Source: a virus (Duplodnaviria; Caudoviricetes). Taken from it: DNA of 64,000 nucleotides. Location: IMG/VR virus record IMGVR_UViG_2561511128_000006, positions 1-64,000 of that record. One strand, given 5' to 3'. Under the pieces are notes generated by a model that was not told where the DNA came from, made no database searches, and saw nothing but the letters and a program-made list of their open reading frames with translations. The position numbers and the translations under genes were made by a program. Position 1 is the first letter of the stretch, and every line of letters begins with the position of its first letter. Below, in pieces: positions 1 through 9,042 of the stretch.

Positions 1-1729
1 TGGGATCGCGCATGTCATAACGGACGTTGACCTTTTCACCGTGGAACAGATCAAGCTCCTTGGCGTAATATTCGCGCCCGGCGAGCTTGAACCGGCAGTT
101 TTTGACCGGGCATTCCTTGGTGGGCATGAACAGTTCGTCCCGAACCGTTGAAGGCACCGCCAAAATTTCATAATCGGGATTTTCGGCGAGTTTCATTTCC
201 CAATATTCATTGGGCGAGTAGTTTCGCCGCTTGCCGTTGGCATCCGTAAACTTCGGGAGAGACGTGTGCGGCGTGGCGTTGTACTCCTCAATGCGGTACT
301 GGAGCGCCGCGAGAAGCTGATCAAGCGTAGGCAACTTATCGGATTTTGCGGTCTTTTCGATTTCCTTGCGGGTAAGCAGATAGAACTTTCGAGCCGCGTC
401 CGAGTCCATGTCGTGGTGCGTGCAGGAATCAAAACGCTTGGAGAGAGGGGTACAGATGGTTTTGACCGCTATTTCCATAAGCCCTTTGCCCTGAGGAATG
501 GACGGGATCGAATGCTTGGCGACAATGCCGAGCTGCGTCAAAATACCCGTGCCTTCTCTGGTGAGCATGGCGTTTTTGTAGCCCGGCCCGTTGTCGGTAT
601 AGAAAAACTGCGGAATGCCGTAGCTCACGCAAGCCGCCCGGAGTGCGTCCAGTACGGTGAGGCCGTTTTCTGACGTATCCACGGAAGAGCCGACGCATTT
701 GCGTGTGGCAATATCCAGAATGAGCGTGATTTCCGGTTTGAATGCCCGTTTCTGGTAGGGGTGATAGAACATGGCGTCGAGCGTGGTGCCGTCGCCCGTG
801 AAGCCCTCCACCGGGAGCATGTTTTCCGTCGAGCGGCGCTTGTACGCGCAGAACTTCCGAAAGGCGTTGCCCGTGGTGCGCCCGTGCATCCGTTCCTTTT
901 CCGGTATCTTGTCCAGCCAGCGCCGCACGGCATGAACGGACGGGACGTTTTCCGGGTGTTCGGCTAACTCTTTCAGGATGCCGCTATTGTGAGGCTTTCT
1001 AGCTATTTCTTTGCCGGGAAGAGCCGAAAGCAGTACAGTACCTTCGGGCATACCAGCACCAACCCATTTGATCAGTGTCACAAATTCATTGTATGACTGT
1101 TGTACTGAGGGCTTTTGAGGCTTTTGCCAGAGTTGCAGAAAGACATGGAGCCATGCGGGAGGCGTCATATCCTTTTGCGGATTGATGGGAACCAAACCAA
1201 GGATGCCCTTTGTTTCATATGTCGAACACCAATCATAAAGTCTGGTAATGGAGATCCCGCGTGAAGAGTTGCGACGGGCGTTGGCGACATAGGCCGCATC
1301 CATGAGGTTTTGCGGCAATGTGCCGTTTTTGTATCCTTCAGCCAGAGTGATGATTGCCGTCCGGCGCGTATGTCCTGCCATTTCAAAATTGTATACGGCG
1401 TCAATAAACACCTTGCGTGACAACACGACATCCCGTTCACGGGAAGAAAGATGCGCGAGGGAAACGACGGGGTCTTGAGGGACGGCGGGCGTGGCGGGTT
1501 CAAGGGCGACCGGGAGACTTTCCCGTTCCTCGGCGGAGACGGCCAACGCGATCGCTTCGCGTACGTCGGTGGGGAGCGTGATGGTGGGATATTCGAAGCC
1601 ACCGCCTTGACCGGAGCGAGGGCGGGAAGGCCAGTTTTCACGCTTTGCACGGCTAAGCAAGTTCTTAGGCGCTATGCCCTTAAACTCGGCAAGTTCGCGT
1701 GTCGTGTATGCTTCCTTGATCTCGCTCAT
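1..1729 (-). CDS. Mu-like DDE transposase A (3' end outside window, >576 aa; not in the ORF track)
   Basis: Hand translation from ATG 1729 (RBS GAGGTGAGG). N-terminal Mu HTH MSEIKEAYTTRELAEFKGIAPKNLLSRAKRENW; DDE core FTGDGTTLDA...LILDIATRKCVG...FYTDNGPGY...GKGLME; C-terminal YYAKELDLFHGEKVNVRYDMRDP. The segments I translated are all in the same frame. Confidence 0.92.
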   Translation of the reverse strand, partial: MSEIKEAYTTRELAEFKGIAPKNLLSRAKRENWPSRPRSGQGGGFEYPTITLPTDVREAIALAVSAEERESLPVALEPATPAVPQDPVVSLAHLSSRERDVVLSRKVFIDAVYNFEMAGHTRRTAIITLAEGYKNGTLPQNLMDAAYVANARRNSSRGISITRLYDWCSTYETKGILGLVPINPQKDMTPPAWLHVFLQLWQKPQKPSVQQSYNEFVTLIKWVGAGMPEGTVLLSALPGKEIARKPHNSGILKELAEHPENVPSVHAVRRWLDKIPEKERMHGRTTGNAFRKFCAYKRRSTENMLPVEGFTGDGTTLDAMFYHPYQKRAFKPEITLILDIATRKCVGSSVDTSENGLTVLDALRAACVSYGIPQFFYTDNGPGYKNAMLTREGTGILTQLGIVAKHSIPSIPQGKGLMEIAVKTICTPLSKRFDSCTHHDMDSDAARKFYLLTRKEIEKTAKSDKLPTLDQLLAALQYRIEEYNATPHTSLPKFTDANGKRRNYSPNEYWEMKLAENPDYEILAVPSTVRDELFMPTKECPVKNCRFKLAGREYYAKELDLFHGEKVNVRYDMRDP

Positions 1730-1756
1730 ATCCTCACCTCATAAATATGTCCCGGA

Positions 1757-1951
1757 TTATGCCGCTCCGGGGAGCGTCCCGCGTGGAGGCTCGCGGTATT
1801 CGCCGTTGTGCAGGTTTCGCCGCCCGCCGCATGGCGTAGCAGGCGGCCTACACGGGCGCGGTAGGGTGACCGTGGCGCTCTGGGCGCTCTGCGGCCCCGG
1901 TTTGTAAGGTTCCGCCTTCTCGGTTAGATTGGGCACATCAGAATCAACCAT
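1757..1951 (-). CDS. Small hypothetical Mu early protein
   Basis: ORF with GGGAG RBS, in line with the early operon. Confidence 0.45.
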   Translation of the reverse strand: MVDSDVPNLTEKAEPYKPGPQSAQSATVTLPRPCRPPATPCGGRRNLHNGEYREPPRGTLPGAA

Positions 1952-1994
1952 CTAACTCCCGGACCGTCCGGGAATGCCGAGGAGGCGGAAATGC

Positions 1995-2318
1995 TCAGAT
2001 ACCTTCTGCAAAGCCCCGCTCATAAGCGGCTCTACGTTCCGCAACTTCAAAGGCTTCCTTTTGCCGCCACAGGACGTTTGCCCCTTCAACGATCGGAGCG
2101 GGCGTTTCCGAATCTTTCGGAAGTACCCCAACCAGCACGAAGAGCAGAGCTTTAGGGTTGGTTTTCAGCCCACGCAGACGGTCCCAGTTGGTGAAGCGTC
2201 CCCAGACAGGACCAAGGTTCATCCAGAAATCTTCGCGATCCTGCTCCAGATAGAGGGTCCACGCGTTTCTATGAAAGATGGTACAGGTGATGGGGATTCG
2301 TTCGATAGAGGGGGGCAT
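1995..2318 (-). CDS. Hypothetical Mu early protein
   Basis: AAGGAG RBS before ATG 2318; operon context. Confidence 0.6.
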   Translation of the reverse strand: MPPSIERIPITCTIFHRNAWTLYLEQDREDFWMNLGPVWGRFTNWDRLRGLKTNPKALLFVLVGVLPKDSETPAPIVEGANVLWRQKEAFEVAERRAAYERGFAEGI

Positions 2319-2352
2319 GCCGTTTCTCCTTTCATTGATTGATGTTGCACCG

Positions 2353-2583
2353 CTAGTCGAAGAAATGGATCGGTTCATCGGGGAACAGAAGGCGGTTGAT
2401 TTCCCTTACCCGTTGCCTCCCCGTCTTCCACTCGTCGAGAGCGCGGCGGATCGCCGAAACGGGAAGCCTGTTAAGCCGTGCCAACAGGAGAACCATGTGA
2501 TCCTTAGGCATCCCGCCATTCCGCAGGACACAAACAATGTTCCGCAACTTGTCGGACAGATTGGACTTGTACTGTTGAGTCAT
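2353..2583 (-). CDS. Hypothetical Mu early protein
   Basis: AAGGAG RBS before ATG 2583. Confidence 0.6.
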   Translation of the reverse strand: MTQQYKSNLSDKLRNIVCVLRNGGMPKDHMVLLLARLNRLPVSAIRRALDEWKTGRQRVREINRLLFPDEPIHFFD

Positions 2584-2594
2584 GTTACTTCTCC

Positions 2595-2786
2595 TTACTT
2601 TTTGTTCCTCTTCGGCAAATACCGAAGATGCTTTCTTCCGGGATTGGCCTTTAAAAGGGCTGTGACTCCTTTGATGCACTGGTCGCAGATGTACCTTGTG
2701 CAGTCTTTGTTCTCGATAAGAGCTTTACAACTCTCTTCCTCTTCCTTGACGTCACAGAAGCTACAGACGGGTCCGGTGAATTTCAT
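2595..2786 (-). CDS. Stand-alone ClpX C4-type zinc-finger protein
   Basis: CSFCD...ICDQC pattern matches the ClpX N-domain CSFCG...YICDEC. Confidence 0.75.
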   Translation of the reverse strand: MKFTGPVCSFCDVKEEEESCKALIENKDCTRYICDQCIKGVTALLKANPGRKHLRYLPKRNKK

Positions 2787-2792
2787 ACCGCC

Positions 2793-3008
2793 CTACCTCT
2801 TCGGGATGTAGGTACTGTCCATGCAGCAGTACGGCCCCTTGGTGCTCCACAACGGGACAAGTTCCACCTTGGCTTGGAATCCTCCCTCCACCGTCCGTTC
2901 GTTGACTGCGGAAACCAGCACCGTTACGGCCTGTTCCCATTCAAGGTGGGCTACCTCGGCAAGTACGGCGCTGCGGATTTGTCGATAGGACCGGGATTGT
3001 TCGCTCAT
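2793..3008 (-). CDS. Hypothetical Mu early protein
   Basis: 4-nt overlap with the upstream gene; operon context. Confidence 0.6.
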   Translation of the reverse strand: MSEQSRSYRQIRSAVLAEVAHLEWEQAVTVLVSAVNERTVEGGFQAKVELVPLWSTKGPYCCMDSTYIPKR

Positions 3009-3268
3009 GCCGCTGCCTCCTTTCTTTTTGTGCGTTTACCGCCGCAACTTTCATCCCCGACAGTGCCGTCCTTGAGCCTCAGCAGGACGGCGATCCTATG
3101 GGATTCTCCATAGGTTCCCTTGATCCGTCCCGCCATCACGTCATAGACGGACTTGGGGTTCAGCCCGTGTCGCCGTGCCAGATCGGCGATAGTCTCGCCA
3201 CGCCGTGCAAGCTCCTTCTTGATCTCTTCCGGCGTCCGAAGCCGCCCGGAAGCCTTCTTTTCCGCCAT
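3005..3268 (-). CDS. Ner/BcepMu gp16-like DNA-binding protein
   Basis: LRTPEEIKKELARRGETIADLARRHGLNPKSVYDVMAGRIKGTYGESHRIAVLLRLKDG; divergent from the repressor. Confidence 0.85.
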   Translation of the reverse strand: MAEKKASGRLRTPEEIKKELARRGETIADLARRHGLNPKSVYDVMAGRIKGTYGESHRIAVLLRLKDGTVGDESCGGKRTKRKEAAA

Positions 3269-3403
3269 AATATCCTCCCGTACTTGCGCCCCCTTCCGGT
3301 TCCGTGTAGGGGTTTAGGTGTCGTTTGTTTTCCGTTTTTGTCGTTATTTGATAAAAAGAGTTTAGTCGTTTGTTTAAATTAAGTCAATGAGGTTTTTAAA
3401 CGT

Positions 3404-3796
3404 ATGGATAATTTTGGCCAGCGGCTCAAAAATGAACGTGAACGGCTAGGACTCACACAAAAAGAACTTGCAGAGGCTGTATCTATTTCATATGTCACAC
3501 AATCAAACTACGAGACAGGTAAAAGAAAGCCTGACACGAAATACATTGCATCCATTGCAACTATCGGATTTGATTTAAAATATCTATTTACAGATACAAG
3601 AGAAGAGAACTCTCCGCTCGCACCTGAAGAACGAGTCGTACTTCAGTGTTATAGAGAGGCAAGCCCTGCCATCAGGAAGGCTGCACTTGCGGTATTGGTG
3701 TCAGGAGGAACTGGGAGTGGAGGGCAAAATGTGATGGTAAACGGCAACGTGACAGGGGGTGTCGTCGCTCATACCATCAAAGGGAGCGGGGAATAA
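3404..3796 (+). CDS. Mu-like prophage repressor (XRE HTH)
   Basis: FGQRLKNERERLGLTQKELA...NYETGKRKPD; divergent from the Ner-like gene and nearest the element end. Confidence 0.9.
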   Translation: MDNFGQRLKNERERLGLTQKELAEAVSISYVTQSNYETGKRKPDTKYIASIATIGFDLKYLFTDTREENSPLAPEERVVLQCYREASPAIRKAALAVLVSGGTGSGGQNVMVNGNVTGGVVAHTIKGSGE

Positions 3797-4834
3797 GCCT
3801 TAAAAAGGGTAAAGAATCGTGTTCAAGTCCATTTTTTTGAAAAAAACAACATAGATAAATATATAAGTATGTTATGTGTTAGCAGTCGCGTTCAAGTTAA
3901 TGTTCTAGTTCCAGCGTCGAAGTTGAACTCTCAAGAGAGATGAGGGAAGAGAAACCCAGTATAAAGTTTTTCCGAGTAAGAAAATTTTTATATTAATTTA
4001 TTTCAAATGATTGCATCATTTTTACTGGTATAAAGATAAGTATAAACTTCGGGGTGGGAAGTTTATACTTGAGGAAGTGTGTAGCGAGAAAAACTGTGAA
4101 AGAAGAGAGCCAAGTATATTTTTACAAAAAGAAACTATATGTAATAATATAAATATGTTAAGTAAACATAGACAAGCAAAGCTTCATGCAAAGGTTATGC
4201 AAAACTTCACTTAGCCGCTAAAAGGGTTGGTGAGGTAAAACTTCTTTTTTTCGTAAAAATCATTTTTACTATTAAAAACAATATGATATATTGTTTTGCT
4301 AGGGTAAAGGTTAAGGTAAAAGCTCGGCAATCTAACCTTTACCCCCTGCGAGGCAAAAGCGGTTGTATGTTCCAAAAATAGATATTTTTCTAATATACGG
4401 AAATTAAAAATATTTATACAAAAAAGCAGTTGTAGCTTTGGTTGTAAGTTCTGAGGATAAACCTACAACCTTTCTGGCTGCCGCACTTCCGAGTTCTTCT
4501 TGGAATGAAAAATATTTTTATTCAAATTAACTATATGATTTATATATAGTTAATACTCTTATCAGATTTCGGGATTCATTTCAGACTTGCACTTGGGAAG
4601 AACGAAATTTTTCAGCAAACAGCTTACGAAGACCATAGATTCAAAATAGGGGGCAATTCCGCGTCATAGGCCGCGTTTTATGGAGCGGACGGGAATATAA
4701 GTAGAAAACGAAAAATCGCGGCCTGTTTTTACCGCGAAAAATACATGTGTTTTGGTGTACGTTTTGGCACCAAACAATAAACGGGCGGCTCCGATGAGGA
4801 ACCGCCCGTTTTTGATCATCCTGTGATCATTCCA

Positions 4835-5002
4835 TCCCGAATTGCGCGCTAAAAATACCCCACTGGCGATCAAAAATGAGCAATCTGTTCCGAATCGCGC
4901 GCGAAATTTTCCGCCTCAAAATTTTTCATAACATCCCGTGACGCAAGGCCAATCTACCCATTTCCCGAATTACCCGCATGTCCCGAATTGATCGCTACCC
5001 CA
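4835..5002 (-). repeat. Mu-type end: terminal TG plus repeated putative transposase-binding sites
   Basis: TCCCGAATT at 4835, 4963 and 4981; TTCCGAAT at 4888; TACCCCA at 4856-4862 and 4996-5002. Confidence 0.65.
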
Positions 5003-5805
5003 GTCTTGATGCGCGGCGTGGTGCGCGGATAGGGAAGACCCGTTCCGGGGGCTTCAAAAACGAACCGCTCATTTTCGCGTAAGGCATAGAGACGGAACAG
5101 CACGCTATATAATGTAGGGCTCATGGCAATCGTGCGTGATTCCCGGTTCCCGCCCCGGCGTTTGCTTGTCCACAGCCGGACGGTCCTGTTTTCCAGATCG
5201 ACATCTTCCCACGCCATTTCGCGGATTTCGGAAATGCGCCCCGCCGTATGGAGAAGGCAGAGCAGGAAATCCCGCTCGAACCCTGTAGCGCAGGACATGA
5301 GCTTGGCAACGTCACCTTTCGGTGGAATATATTTCACGGCCTGCACTGTGGCGAAAGGCTCAGTCTGGCGCGCAATATTGACCGGAACGTACCCCTCTCG
5401 TGCGGCCCATGAGTAAAGCGCTGATAACTCGATACGGTACTTGTTCGCGGATTTTGCGCTCACGGCTTCCTTGGCTGCTTCAAGAAAGGCTTCCAGATCG
5501 TTTTTTGTGATAGTTGAGAATTCGGCTTTAGGTCCGATGAACTTATTTAGCTTTCGAAGAACGCTTTTCTTATAGATGAGTGTGTTCTTCTTGCATCTTC
5601 CTTCGCGTTTTTGAAGATAGAGAGCCGAAACCTCATACAAGGCCAAGCGTTTGGGCATAGTTGCGGATTTCTTGACGATTGATTCCCATTCGAGCGCCTT
5701 CATCTTGCTCAAGAATCCGCCCCGGTACGCGATTCTTTGCCCTCCTTCGAACACTTCCGCCGCGTATCGCATACCATTCTTCGTCTTGTATTTCCTGATG
5801 GACAT
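4954..5805 (-). pseudogene. int: Tyrosine integrase truncated by the Mu-like insertion
   Basis: Arm-binding N-terminus and catalytic HTAGRISEI present. No HxxR or catalytic Tyr. The last 15 codons (GVAINSGHAGNSGNG) read through Mu-end sequence. Confidence 0.85.
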
Positions 5806-5968
5806 GAGAAACCTCTTTGAGTGTATCGCTATCCCAAAGGAAGCGGACGGAGCGGAGCGTTTTTCCGCGTCCTACAGGGATATGGGGGTATATTTTCCAA
5901 ATTCTACGGAATGTTTCCCGACTGATGCCGAGCCGTTCGCTCATCTCGTCGGCGGTGAGTGTTTCCAT
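5633..5968 (-). CDS. Excisionase-like HTH protein
   Basis: TLTADEMSERLGISRETFRRIWK wHTH, overlapping the int start. Confidence 0.65.
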   Translation of the reverse strand: METLTADEMSERLGISRETFRRIWKIYPHIPVGRGKTLRSVRFLWDSDTLKEVSHVHQEIQDEEWYAIRGGSVRRRAKNRVPGRILEQDEGARMGINRQEIRNYAQTLGLV

Positions 5969-5978
5969 CTTGTCCTCC

Positions 5979-6473
5979 CTACGCGGCCCGCTCGTACACC
6001 CGCGTCCCGATCTCCGCTATCTGGGGGTCGACCTTTTCGAGCGCATTACACAGCGTGGTCAGCGTTTTGAGCAGATTGTGCCAATGAAGGCCCCGGAAGT
6101 AGGCGGGGCAGGTGTTCCGGCAGTCCTCAAGGAAGGTCAGCCCGGCCCACATCCCGGCGCCCCATTGCGTCCAGCGGGAAGCATCGGCGGCAGACGCCTG
6201 AATATCCCCTACGTGCCCGGCAAGGATATGGAACCGGGCATCCAGATCCCGTTTCGCGCCTGCGGAGAGCCTGCGCTTCTGCGTGTCGTCCGCGCATCGG
6301 TCGATCCAGCGGTTGACCTTCTCGACTTGTCTGCCAAGGTCGCCAAGCTGCGCCAGCATTTCCAGCTTGAGGAGGGATAGCGCCACGGTGATCATGGACA
6401 AGGCCAGAACACAGCGGGTGTGCTGGATGGCCTCGTGCGGGTACGGGATTACGGGGTTGATGGGTCTTCGCAT
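5979..6473 (-). CDS. Hypothetical phage protein
   Basis: GGAGGAG RBS, ATG 6473. Confidence 0.7.
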   Translation of the reverse strand: MRRPINPVIPYPHEAIQHTRCVLALSMITVALSLLKLEMLAQLGDLGRQVEKVNRWIDRCADDTQKRRLSAGAKRDLDARFHILAGHVGDIQASAADASRWTQWGAGMWAGLTFLEDCRNTCPAYFRGLHWHNLLKTLTTLCNALEKVDPQIAEIGTRVYERAA

Positions 6474-6564
6474 GTTCTCCTCCAGAAAAAGGAAAGCCCC
6501 TTTAGGGGCTACTTCGGTTCGCGCTTGGCTTGAGAGTTCCAAACGTCTACAGCGGCGTTATTAA

Positions 6565-7071
6565 CTAGTATTCGCAGAACTTCTTTATTTCTGAAAAAGT
6601 TACTTCGCGCAACCACTTGGGTACCTGTGGCAATTCTTCGTCGAAGGGAATGGGCACGCTAAAGCATATCTTTAGGCTTCGGATGGATACCCTTGGCATG
6701 TAGTGGATATTGTCTTCGCTATACTCTTTACCGAGTCCGATCTTTTCGGCCATGAAGACGTTGGTGTCGAACTGTACGTCTTCGGAAGCCAGCCGGGCAG
6801 CAAGTTGCCTCCCCTCGCGCGTGTTAAGGTTTGGGAAATATCCGTACCCGGGGGCCATCTTCCCGGGGACGCCACGCAGATAGAGTTCGTCGGACGGCTT
6901 GTCGAAAAGGAGGCCCACAGGGGTCTTCTTGTCGTTGAGGAGCAGGCTGTGGGCGCTGTAGTCGTTTATGAGCAGGGTTCTAGCATATCGACACTTTGTC
7001 GCTTTGCTGATGGCAAGTTCGATGAGTTCCACGCATTCCGGGCCTTCTCCGATGTAGTACATCCGTTCCAT
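6565..7071 (-). CDS. Hypothetical phage protein
   Basis: AAGGA RBS, ATG 7071. Confidence 0.7.
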   Translation of the reverse strand: MERMYYIGEGPECVELIELAISKATKCRYARTLLINDYSAHSLLLNDKKTPVGLLFDKPSDELYLRGVPGKMAPGYGYFPNLNTREGRQLAARLASEDVQFDTNVFMAEKIGLGKEYSEDNIHYMPRVSIRSLKICFSVPIPFDEELPQVPKWLREVTFSEIKKFCEY

Positions 7072-7075
7072 GTGG

Positions 7076-7414
7076 CTATTCCTTCGGTTCGCGGGGTTCG
7101 GGGATGGGGCCTGCCCATTGCCAGCCCTCTCTTGTTCTGTCGCATAATTCGGGGAACTTCGTAATCCCAAGGTGTGAAGATGTTTTATACCAATACCATC
7201 CCGGAACCTGAGGCGGGTTATCCGCCCACTCCAGCGCTCGGGGCAGGGCGTTCCATTGTTTGACAGCATATTCCACGTCGACCTTTGGAGCGCAAGGGCC
7301 GCACATCCCGCACGCGGGACAGAATCCGTAGGCTCTCGTATCTACTCTCATGACCACATCGGAAGCCCCACACGCCGGGCACGGTAGCAACGTCAGTTCT
7401 TCGGGCATACTCAC
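7076..7414 (-). CDS. Lar-family restriction alleviation protein
   Basis: LLPCPACGA...FCPACGMCGP...AVKQWN. Confidence 0.75.
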   Translation of the reverse strand: MSMPEELTLLPCPACGASDVVMRVDTRAYGFCPACGMCGPCAPKVDVEYAVKQWNALPRALEWADNPPQVPGWYWYKTSSHLGITKFPELCDRTREGWQWAGPIPEPREPKE

Positions 7415-7647
7415 CTCTTTGCTTTTTCCTCAGCGGCCTGATCCCAACATGAGGTCGTTTTATTGGCGTCCATACAAAGGCACATTCCTTCAACATTTTG
7501 GGTCGTTCTATAATCGCAACTAGCTTTATCCGCTGAAAAAGGACACCATCCAGAAGCGGCACATTGCTGTGCAAGCCAAAGAACTTTCTTTTTTTCCATG
7601 TCCCGTTCTTCGGTACGTGCTTTGAGGTCTTCAAGTAAGTTGTTCAT
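7411..7647 (-). CDS. Hypothetical Cys-rich phage protein
   Basis: 4-nt overlap with the lar-like gene; RBS GGAAGGGAG. Confidence 0.55.
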   Translation of the reverse strand: MNNLLEDLKARTEERDMEKKKVLWLAQQCAASGWCPFSADKASCDYRTTQNVEGMCLCMDANKTTSCWDQAAEEKAKR

Positions 7648-7698
7648 CTCCCTTCCTCCACGGCCTCGCGTGCGGCTTCCATGAGCCGTTCAAGCTCG

Positions 7699-7929
7699 TC
7701 AAGCCATTCCTGTGCGGTCATCTTTCTTCTCCTGCGCGTTGTTCAACACTTCTTCCCAAGCTTGCGGAGTAACGTCTGAGCACCACACCTCTTTCATAGG
7801 GCAATTTTCTGTTTCTTCGCCATGTAGCGGGCATCGAGTATAAACCGATGCACTGATTTTGCACATATACGCCCGCGCAATCGCCTCTTTCGAGCACTTC
7901 ATGATGGATTCAAGGGAGGTGTCACTCAT
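7699..7929 (-). CDS. Hypothetical Cys-rich phage protein
   Basis: Coupled ORF in the early-left operon. Confidence 0.55.
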   Translation of the reverse strand: MSDTSLESIMKCSKEAIARAYMCKISASVYTRCPLHGEETENCPMKEVWCSDVTPQAWEEVLNNAQEKKDDRTGMA

Positions 7930-8254
7930 TGTCCATCTCCTTCTCAGCTTGCAAATGTGCCATTCTCATCCCGTGGGCACATGGTACGTCTTCAATGTCG
8001 AGATGGAGTGCAATTATCTTTGCTCTCGCCTCGAACTCTGCGGCGTCGCGGTAGTCTGGCGGGATCACCATCGCCAAATCACGAATGGGGTATCTAGCTT
8101 TCTGGCAAATCTCACGAAGCACAGGGCTACATGTCTGCCTGCGCTTCTTGCACCGGAAGCACACGTCCTTCCGAAACTCCAGCCACTTCCTTTCCTTATC
8201 CGTCAGCATGCATACATGTTCTCCCATTTCTGTATCCTTTCTCCGATCCACCAC
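7922..8254 (-). CDS. Hypothetical phage protein
   Basis: Coupled ORF; start uncertain. Confidence 0.55.
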   Translation of the reverse strand: MVDRRKDTEMGEHVCMLTDKERKWLEFRKDVCFRCKKRRQTCSPVLREICQKARYPIRDLAMVIPPDYRDAAEFEARAKIIALHLDIEDVPCAHGMRMAHLQAEKEMDNE

Positions 8255-9042
8255 ATAACGGGAACGGCCATGCTGTTTCCGAGAGCTTTGTAGCGCGGAC
8301 TGTCGGCAGCAGGTTTTCCTTTGTAGGGGACAAGCGTGTAATCGTCAGGGAAACCGAAAAGGCGTTCCCACTCTTTGGGCGTGGCTATTCTGACGCCTGT
8401 TTTTTCCAGTACATACGGCGTTCGGTCATCGTAAGCAGTCGCCCCTCTTCGCGTGAGACAAGGGAACACATGCCGCGTTTTCCGTCCCTGCGAAGTATCC
8501 CTGCGCAAGCCTTGGGGCTCAAAAAGTACCGCGACGGGAGGCCGCCAGTCTCCAAAATATCCGACAAGGAAGACTCGACGGCGACACTGGGGAACTCCGA
8601 AGAACTGAGCGTCCAGGATTCTGTAGGCAAGATGATACCCGCATTCAGCCAGCGCCTGGGCAAAGTAACCGAAGTCGATCCCGCCGTTCGTTGACAGGCA
8701 TCCGGGAACGTTTTCCCAAAAAATCCAGCGCGGTGTAATTTCACGAGCCAGGCGGATAAAGTCGAGGGCCAGTCCACTGCGCTCTCCGGAAAGTCCGGCT
8801 CTCTTTCCGGCGACGGAGAAGTCCTGGCAGGGAGTCCCCCCGACCAGAAGGTCAACTGTTCCACGGTATTTTCTCCCGTCGATTTTTGTCATGTCACCGA
8901 GATTGGGCACGTCTGGGTAGTGATGCGCAAGCACGGCACAAGGAAACCGTTCGACCTCTGAAAATGCGACTGGTTTCCATCCGAGCGGCCCCCACGCCAC
9001 TGTCGCGGCTTCAATACCGGAACAAACTGAAAGATATCTCAA
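8203..9042 (-). CDS. DNA (cytosine-5) methyltransferase
   Basis: Motif I SVCSGIEA, IV GGTPCQDFS, VI ENVPG, VIII QCRRRVF, X ALGNSM; probable TTG start at 9042. Confidence 0.93.
   Translation of the reverse strand: MRYLSVCSGIEAATVAWGPLGWKPVAFSEVERFPCAVLAHHYPDVPNLGDMTKIDGRKYRGTVDLLVGGTPCQDFSVAGKRAGLSGERSGLALDFIRLAREITPRWIFWENVPGCLSTNGGIDFGYFAQALAECGYHLAYRILDAQFFGVPQCRRRVFLVGYFGDWRPPVAVLFEPQGLRRDTSQGRKTRHVFPCLTRRGATAYDDRTPYVLEKTGVRIATPKEWERLFGFPDDYTLVPYKGKPAADSPRYKALGNSMAVPVMWWIGERIQKWENMYAC
8385..8864 (-). CDS. Overprinted out-of-frame ORF inside the methyltransferase (beta-subunit-like)
   Basis: Own RBS GGGAGAA and GTG start; SLSDILETGGLPSRYFLSPKACAGILRR motif. Confidence 0.6.
   Translation of the reverse strand: MEQLTFWSGGLPARTSPSPEREPDFPESAVDWPSTLSAWLVKLHRAGFFGKTFPDACQRTAGSTSVTLPRRWLNAGIILPTESWTLSSSEFPSVAVESSLSDILETGGLPSRYFLSPKACAGILRRDGKRGMCSLVSREEGRLLTMTERRMYWKKQASE

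Larger units (their letters stand above)
1..5002 (-). mobile_element. Mu-like transposable prophage, early/immunity end (continues beyond the left edge)
   Basis: MuA-type transposase, Ner-like gene and divergent XRE repressor. Terminal CA at 5001-5002 with internal TCCCGAATT repeats, at the point where the neighbouring integrase loses homology. Confidence 0.85.

Noticed and set aside
3797-4700. Retron msr-msd or type III TA repeat array
   Set aside because: No reverse transcriptase or ToxN/AbiQ-like gene nearby in the window, and the repeats are short and degenerate.
4011-4873. ORFs 4011-4214 (+) and 4664-4873 (-)
   Set aside because: Non-ATG starts, no RBS, no recognisable motifs; they overlap hairpins and end repeats.
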